Shown here: positions 39,489 through 50,270 of the stretch, one piece after another
How the letters are laid out: each line of letters opens with the position of its first letter
Numbering within the stretch: the stretch's first letter is position 1
DNA from: Desulfobacterales bacterium
GTDB taxonomy: Bacteria; Desulfobacterota; Desulfobacteria; Desulfobacterales; UBA5852
Reading direction: 5' to 3'
Length of the DNA: 64,000 nucleotides
Assembly (NCBI GenBank): GCA_963674755.2
Contig: CAXXVS010000001.1
Location: forward strand, 1,152,001 to 1,216,000
The notes under the pieces: model-generated
Seen by the model: the letters and a program-made list of their open reading frames with translations, nothing else
Told to the model about the DNA's origin: nothing
Databases searched by the model: none
Program-made: the position numbers and the translations under genes

Positions 39489-39927
39489 ATTGACCTGACG
39501 GGACAATTCGCGCAGGTGACGTATTTTAACAGGTCTCCGGGTTTACGGTGGCGCGCCTGCGGATCGACGAACGCCGGGCACCGGTCACGGCGGTGGGGCC
39601 TCTGCTGGATCCCCGTCCCGGTGAAATGCTTGCCATGACCGGGGAGAGGGCGATTCGTCCCACCTTCGGGGAGCAGTTCAGGGTCAGCGAATTCAAGCGG
39701 CATGTTCCCCCGACGGTGCATCGTATCCTCAAATACCGGGGGTCGGGGCTGATCCGGGGGAATCGGACCTTTCGGCGGCACGATAAGGTCATGCAGATTC
39801 GCAACAACTATGATATGGACGTGTTCAACGGGGATCTCGGCCGCATTGCCGCACGTCCTGCTGGAGCGTAATCTGATCCACACCGTCCTTACCCGGGGGG
39901 GGCGGTTGGGCGGTCCTGGTGGGTACG
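39489..39927 (+). pseudogene. recD2: recD2 helicase relic with internal deletions and frameshifts
   Basis: Fragments VTYFN/GFTVARL...FGEQF...KYRGSGLIRG, DKVMQIRNNYDMDVFNGDLG and LLERNLIHTVLTRG/AVLVGT lie in different frames; no Walker A. Confidence 0.8.
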
Positions 39928-40004
39928 CAATGACCAGCGGACAAGGTATTCCGGCCTGTACCGACGGTGGACAGCTTAAGGCAAAAGTAAAAGTAGAGGT
40001 TTTT

Positions 40005-40640
40005 ATGGGGGAAACCGTTCAGCTTGGCGAAAGTATCGCGATCGAAGTTGGCACCGGGCTTCGGGTGCAGGTGGAAGGCATCGATTTTACGTTTACCGCC
40101 CGCTTTCTCGGAAGGTTTGATACCAACGACGTTTTGATCAGCCTTGATCCGCGCATGGAACACTTCGAAGCGCGCCTCGATCCGGGTGTCGTCTTTTCCG
40201 CCGACTTCCTGGCGGATGATGTCTATTACCAATTCCGGGCGCGTTTTGAGCGGCTGATCACCGATCCCATCCATGCCGTGGTCCTGAACACCCCCGAAGA
40301 AGTGCTCAATATCGAACAGCGTATGCTGACACGCAACCCCTGCACCGTGCCGGTGAAGGTGGATATCCGCAAGACGTTGGAAGGCACCATCAGCGATATC
40401 AGTCCCAGAGGGTGCCGCATCGCCATGCCGGTGGGCACTGGCATGCGAATGCCGCTGGTGGTGGGGGACCGGGTGCGGCTTCGACTCCGGGCTCCGGGAA
40501 GCCCCCATGGCTATATTGTCGAGGGTCAGATTCGCAATATCCTCAACAACGAATTGGAGACGGAAGCAGGGGTTCGGTTTGATAATCTGCCTGAAATATT
40601 GAGGAATTTTATCGAATCGTTAACCCGCGGACCTCATTGA
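40005..40640 (+). CDS. PilZ-domain protein (YcgR/flagellar-brake-like architecture)
   Basis: QRMLTR (RxxxR) and DISPRG (DxSxxG); GAGG RBS before ATG 40005. Confidence 0.82.
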   Translation: MGETVQLGESIAIEVGTGLRVQVEGIDFTFTARFLGRFDTNDVLISLDPRMEHFEARLDPGVVFSADFLADDVYYQFRARFERLITDPIHAVVLNTPEEVLNIEQRMLTRNPCTVPVKVDIRKTLEGTISDISPRGCRIAMPVGTGMRMPLVVGDRVRLRLRAPGSPHGYIVEGQIRNILNNELETEAGVRFDNLPEILRNFIESLTRGPH

Positions 40641-40721
40641 GCCGTTAGCCGCCAGGGGGGGACGGGGCTCAAAAATAAGTTCATCACCACGATGGTATCG
40701 CCTACGGCTGTTTTTATTGTT

Positions 40722-41192
40722 CTATTCGTTGAAAATCGAAAGGCGGTAAACCGGTCGACGTCTCAATCCCGGCAGCAGGGGCTGACGGCGCCGGAACCGG
40801 TCGACGGCAGGTTGCGTCGCAAAGTAGATCAAGTGAGTTTCACAGCGGCAGTCCGAGCTGCCGAAGCCTGGCGCAATAGCGCGGGTGCCTGCCATGCCCT
40901 GCAAGATTCCCGCCCAGCAGTGTTCATTGAAGATGGGGTCGTGACCGTACCAAATTTCCGCTATTCTCCCGAGAGGTCTTAAAAAATCCATATGCCAATG
41001 GGGATGGACGGCGATGCGTAAATGGTGCCGAAGTCTGGCCGGCAGCCCCCCCGGGCCGAGGGCGCTGCCGGCATACGCGTACCACCCGGCGGGGAACGCG
41101 AACCGGCCCAGCTTTCCGACCGTCAGTCGACCACCAGATTCAAGGTTGAAGATCAGAACATAAGTCCCCTTCTTTGTCTTAAGGCGATTCAG
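40722..41192 (-). CDS. GIY-YIG (Uri) superfamily nuclease, DUF123-like; non-canonical start
   Basis: Frame is open for 67 codons upstream of the tracked ATG 40991: KGTYVL..G.LG...FPAGWYAYAGSALGPGGL.ARL.HH...HWHMDFL...EHCWA...GFGSSDCRCETHL. No ATG/GTG/TTG there; CTG at 41192. Confidence 0.8.
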   Translation of the reverse strand: MNRLKTKKGTYVLIFNLESGGRLTVGKLGRFAFPAGWYAYAGSALGPGGLPARLRHHLRIAVHPHWHMDFLRPLGRIAEIWYGHDPIFNEHCWAGILQGMAGTRAIAPGFGSSDCRCETHLIYFATQPAVDRFRRRQPLLPGLRRRPVYRLSIFNE

Positions 41193-41428
41193 GAATGTCC
41201 GGACCTTTTTTTAAGCGCGCGCACGATACCGCCGTTTAGGGCGTAGTAGCCGAGATCTTCCCGTGTCTTCTCCCAAGGCGCGGCTTGGGGATCGTAGCCC
41301 AGATGGTCCCGACAGACCAGGGCGCGGGAAATCATCTGGTTGAATGAATAAAAACCGTCATCCATGTTGTCCCTGCCCCACATGGCTTCGGGCGGCGTGT
41401 ATCCCAGACAGTGTGAGTTCCTTTCCAT
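41189..41428 (-). CDS. 79-aa hypothetical protein, first gene behind a sigma54-type promoter
   Basis: Strong RBS AAGGAGGG; stop overlaps the next gene (CTGA). Confidence 0.65.
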   Translation of the reverse strand: MERNSHCLGYTPPEAMWGRDNMDDGFYSFNQMISRALVCRDHLGYDPQAAPWEKTREDLGYYALNGGIVRALKKRSGHS

Positions 41429-41479
41429 CGTTTCCCTCCTTTTGGGCGATTATGGAAAAATGCTATAAGGCATGAATAT

Positions 41480-41495
41480 AACAAGTTTTGTGCCA
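41480..41495 (-). promoter_or_regulatory. sigma54 (-24/-12) promoter
   Basis: TGGCAC-AAAAC-TTGTT on the - strand (consensus TGGCAC-N5-TTGCW), next to a divergent bEBP gene. Confidence 0.65.
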
Positions 41496-41606
41496 GCATT
41501 GTTACCTTGACAGGAGTCCCCGATATCAAAGCAAAGAATCTTTGAGCTTTTGTTTCGCAACCGCTATGGTACCCTGATGAATCGTCATAGTATGCCCATA
41601 ATCCGG

Positions 41607-41624
41607 TCATTGTATGTACAATGA
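41607..41624. promoter_or_regulatory. palindromic candidate upstream activator sequence
   Basis: TCATTGTA-tg-TACAATGA perfect inverted repeat, about 110-130 bp upstream of the -24 element. Confidence 0.55.
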
Positions 41625-41646
41625 ACGCTCCCATAAGGAGGTTGAA

Positions 41647-43105
<1,459 letters not shown>

Positions 43106-43134
<29 letters not shown>

Positions 43135-44095
43135 TCGGGCCTGCGATCCTGCGGGAAGCGGCCTTGCGGTTCGCCGCCCAGCGGGCGGAGGCCTCCTGTT
43201 GCAGGCTTTTTTCGATTTTGGCCGAATAGTTGATGGGTGCGTGGTCGACCAGAAATTCTGGCGGATTATACCAGCGCTCACCGAGGGCCGACATGGAGAG
43301 CCGGCCGCTCTCAAAGCAGTTGGCCGGTTCGCCGCCCGGTTCCATTTCACAGATGCGGCCTTTGCGGTCGATATGCACCATGCGACCGGCGGCGCAGAAC
43401 GACAGCAGCCGGGTCGACGGCGGCAGGTCGGCAACTACGTCGCGGCCGTTGACCAGGCGATAAATGGGCACGGCTGCCATGCGGGTCGCAAATCCCGCAT
43501 CCCCCACACGGGGAGCCCCGATGGCGTAAACCGCCTGGGGAGGATGATACCAGGCGGCCAGTTGGGCCAGGGCCCCCCCCATGCTGTGGCCGGTCATGAA
43601 AAGCGGTTCCGTCAGGTTGGCAAGCTGGGGCTGAAGGTCCTGCCAGACCTGGTGGAGCGCTTCCACGAATCCCCGGTGGACGACGGTGCGGGGGGCCAAC
43701 CTTTCGGGACGGACATCCAGATCGAGAAACCAGTTGCGCAAACCCGTCGTCCCCCGGAAAACCAGAACAGCGAAAGGCGGCCGGTGGTGAGGCAAGGTGC
43801 GGATCAGGGCGCACTGGGTTTCCTGGCGGTTCAAAAACAGGGCTTCCCGCAAGCCGACCCGCGCCAGAATGTCGTTACGGGAGGGGCCGTCCAGGAAGGC
43901 GCCTTCTTCCCCCCCGCTGCGACGGTAGATGAGGCGCGCCATCTCACTGAGCCAAAACGCGTTCGCCAGATTGAAGGTGCGCGCGTGGGGCGTAAACGGC
44001 GGCAGACGCTCCATGGTGAAGTGGTCGCAGGCGGTCCCCGGCCGTGTGAGGCCTTTCCAGCTGCTATCCGTATCCAAGGTTTTCATAGGGGTCAC
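43106..44095 (-). CDS. class 3 lipase family protein
   Basis: VFRGT, VHRGF, TGHSMGGALA, GAPRVGD, DVVADLPP, DHAP. Confidence 0.88.
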
Positions 44096-44169
44096 TCCTG
44101 GGGCATGGCAATAGGCGTCCGGCCGTTAAACGAATGCCGGACGCAAGCGTTCAAGCGTTTATCATGGGG

Positions 44170-44985
44170 CTATAGGGCGGCAACAAACTTAGCGATTGCA
44201 CCACGGACCCGCCCGGGGGCCTCCCGATGGGGGATATGGCCACAGCCGGGAATGAATAGCGGGGTGGCCCGGGGGCCGATGCCGGCCACGATGGCCTCCA
44301 CCTGGCGCGGAGAGCCGTATTGATCCTCAAGACCCTGGATGATCAAGGCCGGACATCGAATCCGCCCGAGGTAATCTTCTATATTCCAGTCCTGAAAAGC
44401 GGCCGACAACCAGGTGTCGGCCCAGGCGCAAAAGAGTCCTCGCGTCCGATCACCATGGTAACGGGTCAGCCGTTTTTCAAGGCCCTGTGGTTCATAGGAC
44501 GCCAGGGCTTCACGGATGCCCTGGCGGGTAATCGATTCCACGAATACATGGGCGGCTTCGGTGACGATGCCGGTCACTTTTGCGGGGCAGGCCGCCGCCG
44601 CCAGCAGGGCAATCGATCCGCCGTCGCTGTGGCCGATCAGGAGGGCCTGGTCGATTTGCAGCCGTGTCAAAAGCTTTGGCAGAACAATCTCGGCTTCCCG
44701 GTGCAGGTAGGACTTATCCCGGGGTTGATCCGGCATCCGGGAGGAGCGCCCATATCCGGCGCGATCGTAAACGATCGCCGGCCGCCCGGTGTCGGTTGCC
44801 ACTTGGGCGGGGAAGTCGTGCCACATGGCCGTGCATCCCAATGCTTCGTGCAGGAAAACAAGATGCGGGCCGGGAGCGGTGTGGTGAGGGACCAGGCGGC
44901 GGTAAAACAGGCGCTGTTCCCCAATCGTCAGGGTGCCTTCTTCGACCGCCGGGGCATCGGCGTCGGACGTGGATGCGGTAATCAT
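44170..44985 (-). CDS. alpha/beta hydrolase
   Basis: FLHEALG, YDRAGYG, GHSDGGS nucleophile elbow, GHIPH. Confidence 0.88.
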   Translation of the reverse strand: MITASTSDADAPAVEEGTLTIGEQRLFYRRLVPHHTAPGPHLVFLHEALGCTAMWHDFPAQVATDTGRPAIVYDRAGYGRSSRMPDQPRDKSYLHREAEIVLPKLLTRLQIDQALLIGHSDGGSIALLAAAACPAKVTGIVTEAAHVFVESITRQGIREALASYEPQGLEKRLTRYHGDRTRGLFCAWADTWLSAAFQDWNIEDYLGRIRCPALIIQGLEDQYGSPRQVEAIVAGIGPRATPLFIPGCGHIPHREAPGRVRGAIAKFVAAL

Positions 44986-45298
44986 GGGTGAAGCGCTCCA
45001 ACGATTGGCGTACGGTACGGATATTATCTTAGTGCCTATCCCTAAATGGCATCTTTTGGTCTCTGGCCCGCCGCCGGTATACCAATCCACCTTTGGCGGA
45101 CAAGCCGGCCTTCTCGCCTCGTGTCGGTCCTTGGCGTAGCCGGGCGGCGCCTGTGGGCGCCCGTCGGCTGCGGCCTTGCCCGAAACCAAAATCCACCATC
45201 GATGGATGGGCACTATCTTAACAGGTTTTTTCCCGGCGGGACAACTCTCATGATGCGGCCGTGTTTGTTTCGCATCGGATTTGTGCTATCCGGTGGCC

Positions 45299-46039
45299 AT
45301 GGAATACTGCTATCGCGCCATCGGCATCGTGCACTCCTGTTTCAAGGAAAAATTCGGCATTCCGCGGCAGGCCGGCCTCGTGCCGGATGCCTGCGGTACC
45401 CTGGAACTCTTCGCCCCCTTCAACCGGCGCGAGTATCTGGAGGGGCTGGAAGGGTTTTCCCATATCTGGCTGCAGTATGTGCTGCACGCCGCCGTCCTGG
45501 CGCCCCGCAAAAGCAAGGTGCGCCCGCCGCGCCAGGGGGGCAATCAGCGCCTGGGGGTTTTCAGCACGCGTTCCAATTTCCGCCCCAACGCCCTGGGGCT
45601 TTCCGCCGTAAGACTGGAGAGAATTGTCCACAATGGCCGCGGGATGCAGCTGCAGCTGAAGGGTATCGATATTCTCGACCAGACGCCCGTGCTGGATATC
45701 AAACCCTATCTGCCTTATGCGGATTGCCATCCCCAGGCCCTGGGGGGGTTCGCCCATAAGCGGCCCCAAGCCGTCCTGCGGGTTCGGTTAGGCGCCCGGG
45801 CACGGGTCGTCTTGCGGCGGCTGGCTGATCGTGACTGCCGCCAATTGACCCGCCTGCTGGTACAGGTTCTGAGCCTGGATCCGCGACCGGCTTATGCGGC
45901 CAGGATGGATCGCCAGCGGGATTACGGCATGCATCTGCTCGACTGGAACGTTCGCTGGCGGGTGGAAGACGCCACGGCGCTCGTGACCGGCCTGGAACCC
46001 CATCCGGCCGGTCGGCCTGCCGGATCTGAAAACCCCTGA
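45299..46039 (+). CDS. trmO: tRNA m6t6A37 methyltransferase TrmO (TsaA/YaeB, two-domain form)
   Basis: FKEKFGIPRQ, VRPPR.GGN..LGVFSTRS.FRPN, TPVLDIKPY, DPRPAY. Confidence 0.9.
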   Translation: MEYCYRAIGIVHSCFKEKFGIPRQAGLVPDACGTLELFAPFNRREYLEGLEGFSHIWLQYVLHAAVLAPRKSKVRPPRQGGNQRLGVFSTRSNFRPNALGLSAVRLERIVHNGRGMQLQLKGIDILDQTPVLDIKPYLPYADCHPQALGGFAHKRPQAVLRVRLGARARVVLRRLADRDCRQLTRLLVQVLSLDPRPAYAARMDRQRDYGMHLLDWNVRWRVEDATALVTGLEPHPAGRPAGSENP

Positions 46040-46079
46040 CGGGTGAGCCGTAGCGGAAATCCATTTTAAGGAGTTAGCA

Positions 46080-47468
46080 ATGTTCGACCCCATCGTCTAC
46101 CGCCGGCGTCGTGAGGTGCTCAGAGAAACCGTTCGTGACGGTATCGTGCTGTTGCCCGGTCTGGACCCAAGCCCGATCAATTTTGCCGCCAACCCTTATC
46201 CCTTCCGCCAGGACAGCAGTTTGCTCTATTACACCGGCCTGAACGGACCGGGAAGCACCCTCTTGATCGACATCGACGCGGCCCGGGAAACCCTTTACGG
46301 TGTTGACTCCAGCCTGGACGACGTTATCTGGAGCGGGCCGTCGCCCTTGCTGCCGGAGCTTGCCGCGGCGGCCGGTATCGGGATCACCGGCGCGCCGGCA
46401 CAACTGGCGGCCGTGATTCAACAGGCCCACGACGCCGGCCGGACCGTTCATTACCTCCCGCCCTACCGGCCGGATCAGGTGCTGGCACTGGCGCGTCTGC
46501 TGGGGGTGCCCCCGAATCGGGTCAATGCCGGTGCCTCAGCGGCCCTGATCCGGGCCGTGGTTTCCCAGCGCGCCGTAAAATCGCCGGCTGAGGTGGCGGA
46601 GATCGAATCGGCCCTGGGGCTGACCCGCAAGCTTTTCCAGGCCCTGGTGCGGCACCTGCCACAGGAGAATACGGGCATCGGGCTGGCCGGCATTCTGGAG
46701 GGGCTCGCCCGCTCCAACGGCAGCCGGTTGGCTTTCCCACCGATCATCACCAGCCGCGGCGAGATTCTGCACAGCGCCCCGGACAACCAGCCCTTGCCGG
46801 CCGGCGGACTCCTGCTGATGGACATCGGTGCCGAATCCCGGGAGTATTATGCTTCGGACATCACCCGCACCCTGCCGGTCAGCGGCCGGTTTACCACGCG
46901 CCAAAAAGACATTTACGAAATCGTTCTGGCCACTCAGAAAACAGCCGCGGAACAGGCCGCGCCCGGTGTGCGTTTCAGGGATGTGCATTTGAAGGCCGCT
47001 GCCACGCTTTGCGAGGGGCTCCGTGACCTCGGGCTGATGAAAGGGGCCGTGGAGGATGCGGTGCGGGAAGGCGCCCACGCCCTGTTTTTCCCCCACGGCC
47101 TGGGGCATATGCTGGGGCTCGACGTCCATGATATGGAATCGTTGGGCGAAGACAACGTGGGCTACGATCGTGAGACGATCCGCTCGGATCAATTCGGATT
47201 GTCCGCCCTCAGGTTGGGACGCCGGCTGGAGGTGGATTTCGTGGTGACGGTGGAGCCCGGGATTTACTTCATCCCCGCCCTGATCGATCGGTGGCGTCAA
47301 GATGGCCGCTGGACGTCGTTTATCGCTTTTGACAAACTATCCGCCTATCGTCGCTTCGGTGGTATCCGCATCGAAGATGTGATTCATATCATGCCCCGGG
47401 GCAGCCGCTTTCTGGGCCCGATGATCCCCAAGTCCGCCGCTACGCTGGAGGCCGCTTGCCAGTCCTGA
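46080..47468 (+). CDS. pepP: Xaa-Pro aminopeptidase (M24B)
   Basis: FRQDSS, YASDITRT, HGLGHMLGLDVHD, TVEPGIYF, GIRIED. Confidence 0.9.
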   Translation: MFDPIVYRRRREVLRETVRDGIVLLPGLDPSPINFAANPYPFRQDSSLLYYTGLNGPGSTLLIDIDAARETLYGVDSSLDDVIWSGPSPLLPELAAAAGIGITGAPAQLAAVIQQAHDAGRTVHYLPPYRPDQVLALARLLGVPPNRVNAGASAALIRAVVSQRAVKSPAEVAEIESALGLTRKLFQALVRHLPQENTGIGLAGILEGLARSNGSRLAFPPIITSRGEILHSAPDNQPLPAGGLLLMDIGAESREYYASDITRTLPVSGRFTTRQKDIYEIVLATQKTAAEQAAPGVRFRDVHLKAAATLCEGLRDLGLMKGAVEDAVREGAHALFFPHGLGHMLGLDVHDMESLGEDNVGYDRETIRSDQFGLSALRLGRRLEVDFVVTVEPGIYFIPALIDRWRQDGRWTSFIAFDKLSAYRRFGGIRIEDVIHIMPRGSRFLGPMIPKSAATLEAACQS

Positions 47469-47528
47469 ACGACACGCCGCGCGGGGCGGTTTGCGCCGAT
47501 CCTATCACCGGATTGGGCGGCCCCGCTT

Positions 47529-48701
47529 TCATTGGGCCGCCTCCCCGGTACCCAGCCCCCGCAACCCGATCCACAGGGGAACCAGCAGCATGATGGCGCC
47601 GATACCGGCCACCCCGGGCCAGGCAAACGCTTCATAGACCATTCCGCTGGCAGTAATGCCGCAGCTGCCGCCGGCATAGTAGAAAAGTACATACAGGGCG
47701 TTGGCCCGCCCGCGACTGGACACCAGATTCCGGTTGAGCCAGCCGGCTGCGGCGGCATGAACGGTGAAAAAGCCGGCGCAAATGCCCACCAGACCGATGA
47801 TGACGATCCATAAGGAAGGATAGAGGGTGGCCCCCAGTGAGAGGCCGAACGTGACCGCGCCCACCGCCATGGTGCGACCGTTGCCGAAGCGGTTGCTCAA
47901 CTGGCCGGACAGGGGCCCGATGACGATGCCCATCAGGTAGGCCAGATACATCAAGGTGATGGTGCGGGTGGGCGCATTGAAAAGGGGACCGGAAAGGTAA
48001 AACGGCAGGTAGTTGAAGATCGACGAAAATACGAAAAAGGCGCTGAACGCCACCAGGTAGTTTTTCCGCAAAGGCGGTTGCATCAATAATTGCAGGAAAC
48101 CCAGGGTGGCCGCGGGACCTCCCCGGGTGGCCTTTTCGCGCGGCAGCCAGCGCCAGGCCGTCCCGCAGGCGGCGGCGACCAGTATCGAGGCGGCCGCAAA
48201 CGCCCAGCGCCAGCTGACGGCCGGATAGAAGAGACCGCCCAGAAGCCGGCCGCCCAAGCCCCCGGCGACCGTAGCGGCGACATAGGTTCCCATGACCACG
48301 TTTAGCCGCTCAGGCGGCAGGTGTCGCGACAGAAAGGCGGCCAGACAGGTGGTCAGGGCCGGGATAAAGAGACCCTGGACGAAACGGGCCGCTACCAGGC
48401 CCTGAAAATCGCTGGTCAGGGCACATAGCGTGTTGCCGCCGACCACCATCAGTGCGCCGATCAGAATGATGGGCCGGATGCGCCAGCGGTCGGCCAAAGC
48501 GCCGAAGGGCAGGTTGGCGAGGGTAATGCCGAAGATAACGGCCGAGATCGTCATAGACGCCTGGGACGCGGAAACCCGGTAGCTCTGCTGGATTACCGGC
48601 AGCACCGGCTGGGTGATATAGATCGTCGTAAAGGCGGCTGAGACCAGGGCGAAGACACTGGCCTGCAGCCCATGCGATGAATCTGGTCGCGGTTTTGCCA
48701 T
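47529..48701 (-). CDS. MFS transporter (YnfM-like)
   Basis: Multiple TM helices; YITQPVLP, GALADRW, RFVQG, YYAGGS. Confidence 0.85.
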   Translation of the reverse strand: MAKPRPDSSHGLQASVFALVSAAFTTIYITQPVLPVIQQSYRVSASQASMTISAVIFGITLANLPFGALADRWRIRPIILIGALMVVGGNTLCALTSDFQGLVAARFVQGLFIPALTTCLAAFLSRHLPPERLNVVMGTYVAATVAGGLGGRLLGGLFYPAVSWRWAFAAASILVAAACGTAWRWLPREKATRGGPAATLGFLQLLMQPPLRKNYLVAFSAFFVFSSIFNYLPFYLSGPLFNAPTRTITLMYLAYLMGIVIGPLSGQLSNRFGNGRTMAVGAVTFGLSLGATLYPSLWIVIIGLVGICAGFFTVHAAAAGWLNRNLVSSRGRANALYVLFYYAGGSCGITASGMVYEAFAWPGVAGIGAIMLLVPLWIGLRGLGTGEAAQ

Positions 48702-48956
48702 GTGCGAATAGGCCTCCTGAGCCCTATGATGCCCCGCATGCCCAAGCCGTTGGGCGGGTATCATGACGAGCAGGCCTCGGGTCGGAATCGTCCGGTCCCC
48801 GGATCGGTTTCAAGGGGAGCGGTGTTTCTCCAGGAGGTTTTTCTACCATAGGCCGCCTACCGACGATGGTAAAGGCCGAATAACGCAAACCGTATCTGCG
48901 GGAATCGCTTTGACGAGAAAATTTTCGGCCGGAGCGATCAACGGCGGTTGGCCGGT

Positions 48957-49235
48957 TCAGGGCTCTGGGGTGGATTCCCGCTCGGGAAAAATGGTTTCGA
49001 ACGCTACCGCGGCAATTTTTTCCAAGCAGTCATTGAGGGCTTCTTCTTCTGAGGTACCCGTCCCCTGGAATTCCTGTCGGGCGATGATATTGATAAGGTT
49101 GGGCACGGCCACGAAGGGGGACGCCAATTTTCCACGCAGGGCTTCATGAACGTCGATATAGAGCATGCGGCCGTCACGGATGAGATTGTAGCGTGTAACG
49201 CGCGTCAGGATAGGGTCGTCGGGGGAATCTGTCAT
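48957..49235 (-). CDS. small hypothetical protein
   Basis: 92-aa ORF with AAGGAG RBS and globular composition. Confidence 0.65.
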   Translation of the reverse strand: MTDSPDDPILTRVTRYNLIRDGRMLYIDVHEALRGKLASPFVAVPNLINIIARQEFQGTGTSEEEALNDCLEKIAAVAFETIFPERESTPEP

Positions 49236-49480
49236 CTAAACTCTCCTTCCGTTGGTCACAAGGCGTTGCTAGCGAAGGGGGCTGGCGGGGCAGACCCGTG
49301 GGACGCAGGCTCACCTGAGTGCGATGCCATCCGCGTTGTAAGCGGTGACAAGGTCTCTGCACGGTTACGGCGTTTCTTCGGGGCGGAGGTGATCGTCATT
49401 TTTCTGGCAGGAGCGGGTAAGGGACGTACCCAAGGCAGACAAGCAGGCCGATCATGGCCGGTGGCTAATTTCGGCCTCCC

Positions 49481-49846
49481 CTAGCGACGCGGTACTGGAG
49501 CGGTATCGTGGGTGAACTGCACGGCAATACCCCGGTCGTCATGCCAGACAACCCTGCCGTAGCGTTTGACATCCTGCCGGTTTTCGCCAAACGGCCCGGC
49601 CACAACCACCTCCTGGCCAACGGTGAAGCGCTGCCGGGTCTGGACATAGATACCGCCTTCGCTGACGTTCTTAATCGTTCCCTGAAAAAGTTCCCGGTTG
49701 GCCGCGAAGTGTGTTTCTTCCGAACAGGGTATCCGCGCATAGACCCGCGCTTCCTTATTACGCATTCGGCGGAAACCGCGCTCGAAGGCTTCATTAGGTG
49801 GGGTGGTTTGTTTTTTAGGGGCGGGATCGCCCTTGTAAGGCTTCAT
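49481..49846 (-). CDS. stand-alone PilZ-domain protein
   Basis: RVYAR (RxxxR), NVSEGG (NxSxxG), GRVVW...GIAVQF. Confidence 0.82.
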   Translation of the reverse strand: MKPYKGDPAPKKQTTPPNEAFERGFRRMRNKEARVYARIPCSEETHFAANRELFQGTIKNVSEGGIYVQTRQRFTVGQEVVVAGPFGENRQDVKRYGRVVWHDDRGIAVQFTHDTAPVPRR

Positions 49847-49918
49847 TTGTCAGGTCCTGTCATCAGCCGTTTGCCGGGAACGGCCTGTGAGAGTCCTTCG
49901 ATCAATGCATATACCTCC

Positions 49919-49947
49919 AAAATACTGTTTTGGGGGGGCGCTGTCAA
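49919..49947 (-). promoter_or_regulatory. putative sigma70 promoter of the PilZ gene
   Basis: TTGACA-N17-TATTTT on the - strand. Confidence 0.5.
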
Positions 49948-50124
49948 CACGGTGGCTGTCCGGAGGGGCGCCGTACTCCAAATAAAGTACTATAAAAAAC
50001 GGGTGGTTGCCAACCATTGGGATGCCCTGATGCCGTTTAGGTGGGTCCGCCGGCGGGTTCCCGCCTCGGTCGGCCCCGAAGCCCTCTCTTCCTTCAGGCC
50101 GGATAGGACCTGCGGGGCCGGTCT

Positions 50125-50176
50125 TTGACCATGCGGTCAACTTTAAGTTGTCAATTGGGAATCGCTTTGATATTCT
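50125..50176 (+). promoter_or_regulatory. palindrome plus putative sigma70 promoter of the kinase gene
   Basis: TTGACC-atgc-GGTCAA at 50125-50140; TTGTCA-N17-TATTCT at 50148-50176 with TGn. Confidence 0.5.
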
Positions 50177-50270
50177 TATCCAATTAATCTAATGACTTCA
50201 ATGCGAGACGCACTCCGGGCGAACTTTCGTACCATGCTTGCGCATCGGAACCGATCAACCCGCTAACATT

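Noticed and set aside
39810..40004. N-terminal extension of the PilZ ORF in the track
   Set aside because: Consists of recD2 relic and spacer sequence; the RBS supports ATG 40005
41046..41052. Frameshift in the G7 run of the DUF123 gene
   Set aside because: Recount shows CCG-GGG-GGG-CTG is in frame
49900..49918. GGAGG followed by an ATG-CAT-TGA mini-ORF on the - strand
   Set aside because: The RBS would fall upstream of the predicted transcription start of the nearest promoter; probably chance
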